A DNA stretch of 64,000 nucleotides, from the NCBI GenBank assembly GCA_963732855.1, contig CAVTBB010000002.1, positions 336,632-400,631 of the forward strand, given 5' to 3'. The notes beneath the pieces were generated by a model. It was not told where the DNA came from. It ran no database searches and saw only the letters and a program-made list of their open reading frames with translations. The position numbers and the translations under genes are program-made. Origin of the DNA: an uncultured Methanomassiliicoccales archaeon. GTDB taxonomy: Archaea > Thermoplasmatota > Thermoplasmata > Methanomassiliicoccales > UBA472. Positions 1-8,727 of the stretch are shown here, piece by piece (position 1 is the first letter of the stretch; each line of letters starts with the position of its first letter).

Positions 1-17
1 AAAGATGGGTCAAGAGG

Positions 18-878
18 GTGCTGGTCGTTGGGTTCGATAAGGACGTCGCCTTGGACCGTCACATCATCGACCTCTACCTGGCAGTCGCCTCTTTGATCGG
101 GACGGTCTTGCAGCGAGGCCTCAACGAGGACGAACTGAGGCGTCACCGAACAGAATTGACGAAACTCGTTGAAGAAAGGACCGCGGAGCTGGAGCGTTCC
201 AACAGCGAGCTGCAACAGTTCGCCTATGTAGCATCACATGATTTGCAGGAGCCACTTCGGATGGTGACGGTGTATCTCAACCTGCTCGAGAACCGATTCG
301 GCGACAAGTTGGACGGGGATGCGAGGACATTCCTGGATTTCGCCGTTGAGGGAGGTCTGAGAGCTAGGGACCTGGTCAATGACCTCCTCGAATTCTCAAG
401 GGTGGACTCGCAGGGAAAGTCGTTCATGGAAGTCGACATGGAGAATGTGTTGTCCAGGGTAAGGAACAATCTCTCGGTCCAGATCGAAGAGGACCATGCC
501 TCTGTCTCCGGAGATCTGCTTACGGTGATCAAGGCGGATGATTCGCAGATGGTCCAGGTATTGCAGAACCTCATCAGTAACGCTATAAAGTTCCACGGAC
601 AGGAAAGCCCCACAGTACACGTATCATTTTTTGACCTTGGGTCAGAGTGGTTGTTCTCCGTCAAGGACAATGGAATCGGAATCGAGCCAGAATATAATGA
701 TAAGCTATTTGTCCTGTTCCGGAGACTCCACACTAGAGATAAATATAAAGGAACCGGCATTGGGCTGGCCATCAGCAAGAAGATCGTCGAGAGACATGGC
801 GGCAGGATCTGGTTCGATTCGGAACCGGGGAAGGGAACGGAATTCCGCTTCACGATACCGAAGGAACCGAGAAGATGA
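18..878 (+). CDS. Sensor histidine kinase, C-terminal part (HisKA + HATPase_c, Cph1/phytochrome-kinase-like); 5' end lies outside the window
   Basis: H-box ASHDLQEPLR, N-box LQNLISNAIKF, G1 DNGIGI, G2 GTGIGLAI; frame is open back to the window edge. Confidence 0.9.
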   Translation: MLVVGFDKDVALDRHIIDLYLAVASLIGTVLQRGLNEDELRRHRTELTKLVEERTAELERSNSELQQFAYVASHDLQEPLRMVTVYLNLLENRFGDKLDGDARTFLDFAVEGGLRARDLVNDLLEFSRVDSQGKSFMEVDMENVLSRVRNNLSVQIEEDHASVSGDLLTVIKADDSQMVQVLQNLISNAIKFHGQESPTVHVSFFDLGSEWLFSVKDNGIGIEPEYNDKLFVLFRRLHTRDKYKGTGIGLAISKKIVERHGGRIWFDSEPGKGTEFRFTIPKEPRR

Positions 879-974
879 AGGCCCAAGATAAGCCGTCCGG
901 TGAGGTACGAGATCGTCCTCTCGAGAATCCAATACTTTTATTTCCTTTCGGCTGAAACAATACCATTCGATAAC

Positions 975-1397
975 ATGACATCAGAGATCAAGCGCATTCT
1001 CATCGGGATCGACGGGTCGAGCAACTCGAACAGGGCGGCGTCCTTCGCAGCCCAAATAGCAAAGAGATTCGATGCGGAGGTCACGCTACTTTTCGTGGTG
1101 ACTCCCTCCGATCATGACATGCTCGCGGGAAAGTCCACATTCATGGACGAGGACACAGGCTTCGGCGAACAGCGTATGGAAAAGGCGGAAGCGATCTTCA
1201 AAGAGGCGGGCGTTAAATTCGCCAAAGACATCGAGTTCGGCCATGCTGCGGAGAAGATTCTTGTCCTCTCGGAGCGCGGATTTGACCTCACGGTCCTCGG
1301 AACCAGGGGACAGAGCGCGGTCCGGGGGTTCTTGATGGGCAGTGTGTCCAGCCAGGTCTCCCAGCATTCGAAGGTGCCGGTGGTGGTCGTCCCCTGA
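975..1397 (+). CDS. Universal stress protein (UspA family)
   Basis: RILIGIDGSSNS N-terminus and VLGTRG...GSVS..V...SKVPVVVVP C-terminal USP motif; ATG at 975 chosen over GTG at 900. Confidence 0.9.
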   Translation: MTSEIKRILIGIDGSSNSNRAASFAAQIAKRFDAEVTLLFVVTPSDHDMLAGKSTFMDEDTGFGEQRMEKAEAIFKEAGVKFAKDIEFGHAAEKILVLSERGFDLTVLGTRGQSAVRGFLMGSVSSQVSQHSKVPVVVVP

Positions 1398-1419
1398 CGG
1401 GGACAGTCCACTGACCCCC

Positions 1420-2391
1420 TTAACGCAAATAAATGCTGCCCATTTCCTTGTTCCAAGCCCATTCGTCCTCGGTCCTAGCGTCGAGCTTCGCCCGGACTAT
1501 CTCCTGTATCCTTGAATCCAGTGTGTCTGCTTGAGCTATGGCGACCGCTTCGGGGAACGATGGTTCCTTTGGGGATCCATATTCCAGCTCTCCGTGGCTG
1601 CTGAGTATGATGTGGCTTATCTTCAGGCGGAGGTTATCCGGAAACTCCGGTATGGTGCGTATCGCCAGGCTGATCATCTCGGCCCCGATGACGATGTGAC
1701 CGCGCAGACGTCCCTCATTCGTGCAGTCAATGTTCGTAGTGACAACGTACTCGTGAACCTTACCGATATCGTGCAGGATCGCTCCCGCCAGTAGCAGGTC
1801 CCGGTCCATCTTGGGGTACATATCCCCCATCGTGTCACAAAGCTTGGTGACGTCCAGCGTGTGCTCCAACAGACCGCCGATCCAGTTGCAGTGATGGGTT
1901 ATTGCGGCTGGGCACTTCTTGAACTCCTCGACGAACGTTTCGTCTGCGAAGAAGTATGTGAGCAGCTCTAACAGCTTCGGGTCCTTGACCTTCTTGATGT
2001 ACCCGTTCAGCTGTGTCATCATCTGGTTGATGTCCTTCTCTGTCCTCGGTACGAAGTCCTCGAGGCGGTACTCTCCCTCAGTCAATGCAAGGACCATGTC
2101 GCCATTATCAGGGTTGATCGCGATCTCCAGGATCTCATTGTACTCCTGCGCCTTTCCCTTTACGCGGAGAACGCCACCGGGAAGGATCGAGTCATATACC
2201 TTGCGCACGGCCATCTCGTTGGTGTTGCCGAAGTACTTGACCGCGATATCGCCGGTCTTGTCGCCGACCCGCACGTCGAACATGAAGCCATTTTTGCTCT
2301 TGCGAACCGGCTTCTTGAACTTGACCGAGAACATGTCGTCGACCTTGGTCTCTTTGTTAAGGTCCTTGATGAACTGCTTCTTTTCTGCCAT
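1420..2391 (-). CDS. YhaM/Cbf1-like 3'-5' exoribonuclease (OB-fold + HD domain)
   Basis: N-terminal OB-fold (VGDKTGDI), HH..GGLLEHT, ILHDIGK, ILSSHG..EYGSP motifs. Confidence 0.85.
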   Translation of the reverse strand: MAEKKQFIKDLNKETKVDDMFSVKFKKPVRKSKNGFMFDVRVGDKTGDIAVKYFGNTNEMAVRKVYDSILPGGVLRVKGKAQEYNEILEIAINPDNGDMVLALTEGEYRLEDFVPRTEKDINQMMTQLNGYIKKVKDPKLLELLTYFFADETFVEEFKKCPAAITHHCNWIGGLLEHTLDVTKLCDTMGDMYPKMDRDLLLAGAILHDIGKVHEYVVTTNIDCTNEGRLRGHIVIGAEMISLAIRTIPEFPDNLRLKISHIILSSHGELEYGSPKEPSFPEAVAIAQADTLDSRIQEIVRAKLDARTEDEWAWNKEMGSIYLR

Positions 2392-2460
2392 TGACTTGCC
2401 CCTTGCCCCTAATGATATCTGGTTAATATTGATACCGGACGGCGGGCTGAAAACGCCGGC

Positions 2461-3154
2461 TCATACCTTCTTTGCCGCGACGCGTTTCAGCCAGTCCTCC
2501 GCCTCGCGATAGCGGGGGTGGATCCTCTCCATGTCCTTGAAGTGCTTGTCGTGGTACCGGCCCAGAGATTTGAGACCGCCACGAAGGTGAAGCAGTTCAT
2601 GATAGAGAACGTACTCCGGGACGTATTCCGGTAAACGGTCGGTGTCCAAGGCGGAACTGATCGCGATGACCCGCATCAGGATCGAACAATATCCGAGGCG
2701 GGCCCGGTTCGGACGGCTGGTCCAGGTAATATAGGTGTTGGGGATGTCAGGCACCAGGCCTTGATCCTTCAAACGTTCGAACGATTCCAGCAGCTGGTAA
2801 TTGCTGCCCTCAGACCGGTAAGCCAGATTGCGGCTGCGGTGCAGGTAGACCGGACGATTGGTGTCCAAGAACTCCCTCGACTGGAACCAGTCCTTCATGC
2901 GCTCGTTGTAGAGCTCGACCTTGCCCTTGGACCGGAGCCTTTTGAACAGGTTGTCAGCGAACTCGTCGATCGATCTGACCGTCCGCGCATTCCAGATAGT
3001 CAGTGACCTTGAAATCGGCGGTGTTCCCGGTCCTTTGCCAGCTTGCCTTGAAATCCTTGAACGGGAAGAAGCTCGCGCTCACTTTATCGTATCCGTGCGC
3101 CCTGCCCGCCCTCTGGAAAGAAGCGCCGATCCCATCCTGTACATCCGTCGTCAT
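2461..3154 (-). pseudogene. YgjP/DUF45 (M48/SprT-like, HExxH) protein split by a +1 frameshift at about 2968-2975; pseudogene or sequencing error
   Basis: ORF 2954..3154 (..FKVTDYLECADGQI) continues in another frame as DEFADNLFKRLRSKGKVELYNER-MKDW into ORF 2461..2898, which has VLYHELLH; the junction is a tandem GATCGATC. Confidence 0.75.
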
Positions 3155-3167
3155 CGATTGTAACCTC

Positions 3168-3863
3168 TCATCGGCTTAGGAGGATAAACCCGTTTTCCTC
3201 ATCGCCGATCATCTTACTGACCTGGCCCCGATATATCGCATGCCTATACACGGATATTGCACAGAGCAAAGAGTCGATCTTGTCGGCAGCCGATTTGACG
3301 CCGCTAGAATTGGCCTGACGGATCTCGTCTTGAAGGCCTCTAGGTAATTGAATCTCGGGCTGCAGTTCCTGGATCGCCCGGAGCACGTTCAGGCATTCCT
3401 GTTTCTTTTCCGCCAGCTTGCCATGCTTGTACCGCGGCGAACGACCCATCATGCACCTGACGGCAGCGTACGGGAACACCTCATAGACCAGCCGACCGGG
3501 TATTTCGTTCAGCCTAGCTAGACAGAATCCTTTTGGACACAACGCCTCGACCAAAGACTCTCCCCGGGAACCCCCGAACATATTCGTGAGATAGCCCTTC
3601 GAGGTCGGCAGGACCTTGAATCCCATTCTTCTGACCAGCTTCTCAGTGGACCTCATGCCGGTCTGGTTCGGCACCTTGAGGGAGGCGTCGATCCCTACGA
3701 GGCAATCACCTTCATCTTCGATCAGGGAGATGATCTCGTCATCGTTCGTGACCAGGTCGATGTTGACGCTGAGATCTTCGCCGATGACGCAGACCGCGGT
3801 GCTCAAGGGACTCGGGTCCACGCATTTCCATGCCAGGTCGATGCCTACGAACCTCACGTTCAC
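3168..3863 (-). CDS. DUF429-family predicted nuclease (RNase H-like fold)
   Basis: FVGIDLAW, VGIDA, VYEVFP and D.IDSLLCA motifs typical of DUF429. Confidence 0.7.
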   Translation of the reverse strand: MNVRFVGIDLAWKCVDPSPLSTAVCVIGEDLSVNIDLVTNDDEIISLIEDEGDCLVGIDASLKVPNQTGMRSTEKLVRRMGFKVLPTSKGYLTNMFGGSRGESLVEALCPKGFCLARLNEIPGRLVYEVFPYAAVRCMMGRSPRYKHGKLAEKKQECLNVLRAIQELQPEIQLPRGLQDEIRQANSSGVKSAADKIDSLLCAISVYRHAIYRGQVSKMIGDEENGFILLSR

Positions 3864-3973
3864 CGTATCGCAGGCCGAATATTTTCATGGTATCACTGCA
3901 AGCTGATCTCAGGGAAAATCGCCAGTACAGATTTGTTAAATAGTCAACATGGGAATATGAGTTTCCCGAGGAC

Positions 3974-4942
3974 ATGGATAGCTTATCCAGGGATGACCGG
4001 GAAAAGCACCTGATAACTCGTGGGAACGTAGACGGGATCGTAAGCGCCTCTATCTTTCTAAACCGATATCCGAACTCCCGTGTATCATTTATCACGTCCC
4101 CGACAGCAGGTGCTAAGGCTTTGTCAATGGACTTCACCTCGAACGAAATATACTTGGCCGACGTGGCGCTCGTTCCGGATGTGGCCGAAGCAATGGCAAC
4201 GCGCCGGGACAGGCAGAAGGTCTTCCTGATAGACCATCACCCGACGCCGAACAACGTCTGCCCGAACGGTGTCAAGGTCATCAACGAGGGCATGAGCGCC
4301 GCTGGCGTCCTGTACAATTTCCTGAACTCCTCCAGTCACTTGAAGAAGCTGGTGGCCATCGCCGACCTGGTGGAGTATTTCGAGACACCCATACTGACGG
4401 AGGTGGTGGACGATCATGGACATCAGAAGGTGGACGAGGAGTCGCGGATCCTGGATTTCTCATGGAGGCTGAACATCGATGACGATTACTTCCGAATGCA
4501 GGCAGCGCAGCACCTGTCACAAGGCCTATGGCCGTCACAGGTCGGACCGATCAAGAGGCGGTTCGTCCAGGTAGTGAACGAGCAGCGGTGGCCGAAAGCT
4601 CTGGCCCGAGCTCAGTCCGGCATAAGGGTGCGGGGCAGTGTCGGCATATTCGACGGAACGGATAAGAACCGCTCGCTCTACGGTTTTGGGACCAGGGCGA
4701 TAGTCGAGGTGGCGCTGCGGCGAGGTTGCCGTTACGCGATGATGATCAATGAACGGAAGATACACTCCTCGATCTCGATGCGGGGGATGTGCGCCAACGG
4801 CACCAACCTTGGGCGATTCGTCGAGGACTTCACCGCTATCCATGGACTAGAAGGCGGAGGTCACCCGTCCAGCGCAGGTGCCAGAATACCGGTGGAGAGC
4901 ACGAGGATGTTCGTCGAAGAGTTCGTAACCGAGGCCCATTAG
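3974..4942 (+). CDS. DHH/DHHA1-family phosphoesterase-like protein
   Basis: LIDHH motif, LADVAL motif II, IAD motif, C-terminal GGGH..SAG; motif I reads NVDG instead of DxDG. Confidence 0.7.
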   Translation: MDSLSRDDREKHLITRGNVDGIVSASIFLNRYPNSRVSFITSPTAGAKALSMDFTSNEIYLADVALVPDVAEAMATRRDRQKVFLIDHHPTPNNVCPNGVKVINEGMSAAGVLYNFLNSSSHLKKLVAIADLVEYFETPILTEVVDDHGHQKVDEESRILDFSWRLNIDDDYFRMQAAQHLSQGLWPSQVGPIKRRFVQVVNEQRWPKALARAQSGIRVRGSVGIFDGTDKNRSLYGFGTRAIVEVALRRGCRYAMMINERKIHSSISMRGMCANGTNLGRFVEDFTAIHGLEGGGHPSSAGARIPVESTRMFVEEFVTEAH

Positions 4943-7200
4943 TCGTCTTCAACGGCCTTATCCTCGTCTATCTGCTTCTTGACCACATGCTTGTAGACAA
5001 GTACCGGGCACTTGGCGTTGGTAATGATCTTGTCCTGCAGCGGGCCAAAGTCGAACGCCTCCCAGCGCTTGGCGGCGCTGGAACCCATCACAAGCAGATC
5101 GTAGTCCATCGATTCCCCAATGACCCCACCGATGATCGTTTCCGGACGTATTTCCTTGGTCAGCACCGGGACGTTCTCCGCCTCGAGTATGCCAGTGAGG
5201 CGCTTGGAATATTCTCTCGCCTTCTCCAGGTATTTCTCATCCACTATGACATTCAGTATTGTGACGCGGGCGCCCTGCTTACGGGCCACCATGGCCGCGA
5301 CCTCGGTGGCGGCGCTGACATGCCATAGCCCTCCGGAAAGAATCAGGATGCGGAGCGGCTTGAGCTTCTCATCCGACTTGATGAACAGGACGTCGCATGG
5401 GGTGAGACGCAGTATCAGGTCCATCTTGCGGCCCAAGATGCGCTTCTGCGTGTGCGTATATCCCTTCCAGCCGATGATGATCATGTTGGCCGATTCTTCC
5501 TTCGCGGTGTCGATGACGGCGGTCACTACGTCGTGGGAGACGGAGACGAGCGCGCGGGTCACAATGCCATTCGCCTCGGCATGATACTTTAGCTTCTCCA
5601 GCATCTTCTTCCGGTCGTCGATCAGTTTCCGATCCACGTCGCTGATGGGAACGCCTCCTGGGACCTCGACCACGCTTAGGAGTAACAGCTCGCCATTGTG
5701 ATCCGAAGCGACCATGCAGCCCAGATCAATCGCCGCTATGTTCCTCGGGTCATCGATCGGGATGAGGACACGGTATCTTTCCAGCTCCTCCTCAGAGAGC
5801 GGGGCACGTGCCGGAATCGGAACCTTTTCAATCTCCTTCTTCCCTTTGGCAAAGTAGTGGATCAACAACCCGACGTTGATGATGGCGAACGCCATATACC
5901 AAGCGAATGGCTCGTAGAAGAACAGGGTGATCGCCAATATCAGCTTGGTGGCGATGCCGATCAATGGTATGATCGGGAACCAAGGAGTGATGAAATGCCT
6001 TTTGACGTCCGGCCTGTTCCGCCTCAGGGTTATGGCCGAAATGTTGACCAATGTGAAAAGCAACAGTATTAGGATGTCGGCAACCGAAGCCACCTGGTTC
6101 AACGGAAGCAGCACGACCATGCCTATGATGATGGCTCCGCTCAAAAGCAATGCCGCCACCGGGGTTTGTTTCTTAGGATGAAGCTTCCCGAAGGTAGATG
6201 GGAGGTTGCCATCACGGCCCATGGCGAATGAGACCCTAGATGCTGAGAATACGATGGAGTTCACAGCTGCAATCGAACCAACGATGATTCCAAAGGCGAT
6301 CAGAACGGCTCCGATGTAAGGCACCGATATCGCTGCTGTATAGGATATCGCCTGCGACCCATCTCCACCGGCGGCGGCTAAAGGTTCCCATCCTGACACG
6401 CCGATCGCTACGACGGCCGTAGCTATGAAAAGAATCGCGCTGATCGCGATGCACAGGAACATCGCCCTAGGTACGGTCTTCTCCGGATTTTTGGCCTCCT
6501 CACCGGTCTGGGCCACGACCTCATAGCCCTCGAACACCATGAATGTGAATCCCATGGAGATGAAGATGGACAGCGTGCCTTTGGGAATCAGCGGTGTGAA
6601 GTTGCCTCCGGTACTGGGATGGGTGAACATGAAGTAGGCCGAGAACACCAGGAAGATCATGATCACGCCCATGAGGATGAACGAAACCAGTATCTCTATC
6701 CGGCCAGCACCTTTAATGCCGCGGTAGTTGAGGTAGATGAATACGAGGGCGATGAACACGGCCGCAAGCTTTGACACGATGTCCGGGTCCATGCCGAAGA
6801 ATGTCAGCCCGTAAAGATTCATGAAAATATTGACACCGACGCCGAAACCGAGCGAGTACACGGAGCAAGCGATGCAATGCCCCACCCAGGACATCCATCC
6901 CCCGAGGAAACCGAACGGAGGGAAAAGCCCTTCCTTGATCCATAGATAGCCGCCTCCCGTCTCGGGAAAGGCAGAAGCTAGCTCGGCGTATGCCATGGCG
7001 GTGAAGATGGTGACGAAGAGGTTCAGGACGAATGCGAGGATGATCGCAGGGCCGGCGATGCCCGCCGCGGCGCCTATGAGGATGAAGATGGTCGATCCGA
7101 TATTCGGTCCGAGCCCGATCATGAGAACTTCTAGTAGGCCAAGGTCCCTCCGAAGGGTAACCTCCACCTCGCCAGACTTCTTCTCGACCGGCTCAGACAT
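4939..7200 (-). CDS. APC-family amino acid permease with C-terminal tandem USP domains
   Basis: GSTIF, YAELASAFPETGGGY, FEGYEVVAQTGEEAKNP motifs; about 12 hydrophobic segments followed by USP-like domains. Confidence 0.9.
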   Translation of the reverse strand: MSEPVEKKSGEVEVTLRRDLGLLEVLMIGLGPNIGSTIFILIGAAAGIAGPAIILAFVLNLFVTIFTAMAYAELASAFPETGGGYLWIKEGLFPPFGFLGGWMSWVGHCIACSVYSLGFGVGVNIFMNLYGLTFFGMDPDIVSKLAAVFIALVFIYLNYRGIKGAGRIEILVSFILMGVIMIFLVFSAYFMFTHPSTGGNFTPLIPKGTLSIFISMGFTFMVFEGYEVVAQTGEEAKNPEKTVPRAMFLCIAISAILFIATAVVAIGVSGWEPLAAAGGDGSQAISYTAAISVPYIGAVLIAFGIIVGSIAAVNSIVFSASRVSFAMGRDGNLPSTFGKLHPKKQTPVAALLLSGAIIIGMVVLLPLNQVASVADILILLLFTLVNISAITLRRNRPDVKRHFITPWFPIIPLIGIATKLILAITLFFYEPFAWYMAFAIINVGLLIHYFAKGKKEIEKVPIPARAPLSEEELERYRVLIPIDDPRNIAAIDLGCMVASDHNGELLLLSVVEVPGGVPISDVDRKLIDDRKKMLEKLKYHAEANGIVTRALVSVSHDVVTAVIDTAKEESANMIIIGWKGYTHTQKRILGRKMDLILRLTPCDVLFIKSDEKLKPLRILILSGGLWHVSAATEVAAMVARKQGARVTILNVIVDEKYLEKAREYSKRLTGILEAENVPVLTKEIRPETIIGGVIGESMDYDLLVMGSSAAKRWEAFDFGPLQDKIITNAKCPVLVYKHVVKKQIDEDKAVEDD

Positions 7201-7577
7201 CCTTAGGCCTTAATGGGTCAGGTTTATTAATCCTTTCCATCCACCCCAGACGTGTGGCCCGTGGCTGAATGTAACCCAAAGCTGCCTTACCAGATGCAAT
7301 GTCATGAACTGATCCTTCGGTGGCTGTATTGATATCGGAGATCGGGCCGCAGTCCCTCCTAGAGACCGTGCCACGCAACAGGTTACTTTTTCGCCTTCTT
7401 GGGTACCGAATACGTGTGCCCCCAACGCCGGCCAAGGGCAAATGGGGGGGGCGAAGTGTAAGGAATACTGGGGTCATCCTCAATGCCGCAAAGTGGATCG
7501 AGGCGATCACCTAGGGCGGTCGGTCGAGACCTGGATAATTACGGAACGTGGTCTTTTCTTTTGAGTCATGATCCGAT

Positions 7578-8690
7578 CTAACCCTTTTCCGGTCTGATAT
7601 CGATCCCGTAGTCCCGATGGAACTTTTCCAATCTGGAACCGATCAATGAAAATAGCGCACGTTCCGCGAAAATCGTGGCGTTCTTCCCCACGATCACGTC
7701 ATGGATGCAGTTCTCTAAAGCATCGAAACCGTAGTCCACGCCGATGCAGCGTTCCTTCATCAGGCGCCTGGCCACCGCTCCGTATATCCCGGTCACGGAA
7801 TGCCGGTTCATGATGTCCGGTTGCATTGTTCCCAGTCGATCGGGGAGCTCCTCAGCCGGGAAGAGCCTCAAACTGCCCCGCAACGCTCCGTAGGGGGCAA
7901 ACTTCTGTGCCAGCTCCAGCGTCGTCCTGGGATAGGGCTTCAATGGCCGCACCGAACGGTCGGAGAGCTCACGATTCATCTCGAACATCATCGGCACCGA
8001 CAGGCCGAGTCGCCTTACCTGACCGGCATTGACGAAGAACCCGTTCGGGTCGCCGGAATAGATCATCCTTCCCCGGTCCAGCACCCTGATCTCGTCCGCC
8101 CAGCCATAGGCCGTCTCCACGTCGTGGGTGGACATGATGACCGTCAGGCCTTTGAAGTTCAGCTCGTCCGCCAGCTCCAGCAGCTCATGCACCATCTGCG
8201 CGTCCAGCCCGGCTGTCGGTTCGTCCATGACCAGCACCTTGGGCTTCATGGCCAGCGCCCCCGCCAATGATACCCTCTTCCGCTGACCGAACGAAAGCTG
8301 CTGGGTGGGCCTATCCCTATGTTGAGCCATGCCAACAAAGGATAGGGATTCGGCCACGCGCAGTTCGACCTCATCCCGGGGCAGGCCCATGTTCATTGGT
8401 CCGAAGGCGACATCCTCCTCCACCGTGGCGGAGAATATCTGGTCATCCGGGTTCTGAAGAACGACCGCGACGTTCGAACGGAGCGCATCCAGGTCCTTCT
8501 GGCGATAGGTGACCTCCTTGCCCTCGAACGACACCGTTCCGGACTTTGGCTTGAATATCCCATTGAACTGAAGGAACAACGTGGACTTGCCGGCACCGTT
8601 CGGTCCCAGCAGGACGGTCTTCTTGCCCTTCGGGATGGTCAAGCTGATGTCGTCCAACGCCACGATCTTGTTCGAATAGGAATATGTCAA
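7578..8690 (-). CDS. cbiO: ECF transporter ATPase CbiO with about 100-aa C-terminal extension; true start uncertain (frame open to about 8720)
   Basis: Walker A GPNGAGKS, QNPDDQIF Q-loop, LSFGQ signature, DEPT, THD; follows cbiMNQ. Confidence 0.9.
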   Translation of the reverse strand: MTYSYSNKIVALDDISLTIPKGKKTVLLGPNGAGKSTLFLQFNGIFKPKSGTVSFEGKEVTYRQKDLDALRSNVAVVLQNPDDQIFSATVEEDVAFGPMNMGLPRDEVELRVAESLSFVGMAQHRDRPTQQLSFGQRKRVSLAGALAMKPKVLVMDEPTAGLDAQMVHELLELADELNFKGLTVIMSTHDVETAYGWADEIRVLDRGRMIYSGDPNGFFVNAGQVRRLGLSVPMMFEMNRELSDRSVRPLKPYPRTTLELAQKFAPYGALRGSLRLFPAEELPDRLGTMQPDIMNRHSVTGIYGAVARRLMKERCIGVDYGFDALENCIHDVIVGKNATIFAERALFSLIGSRLEKFHRDYGIDIRPEKG

Positions 8691-8727
8691 GCCTTTTGTT
8701 TCGATTATCGTTTCATCGGAAATATTA

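Noticed and set aside
7250-7520. SRP (7S) RNA, suggested by TGTAACCCAAAGCTGCC
   Set aside because: No helix-8 GGAAGG..AGCA motif or long terminal helix could be found.
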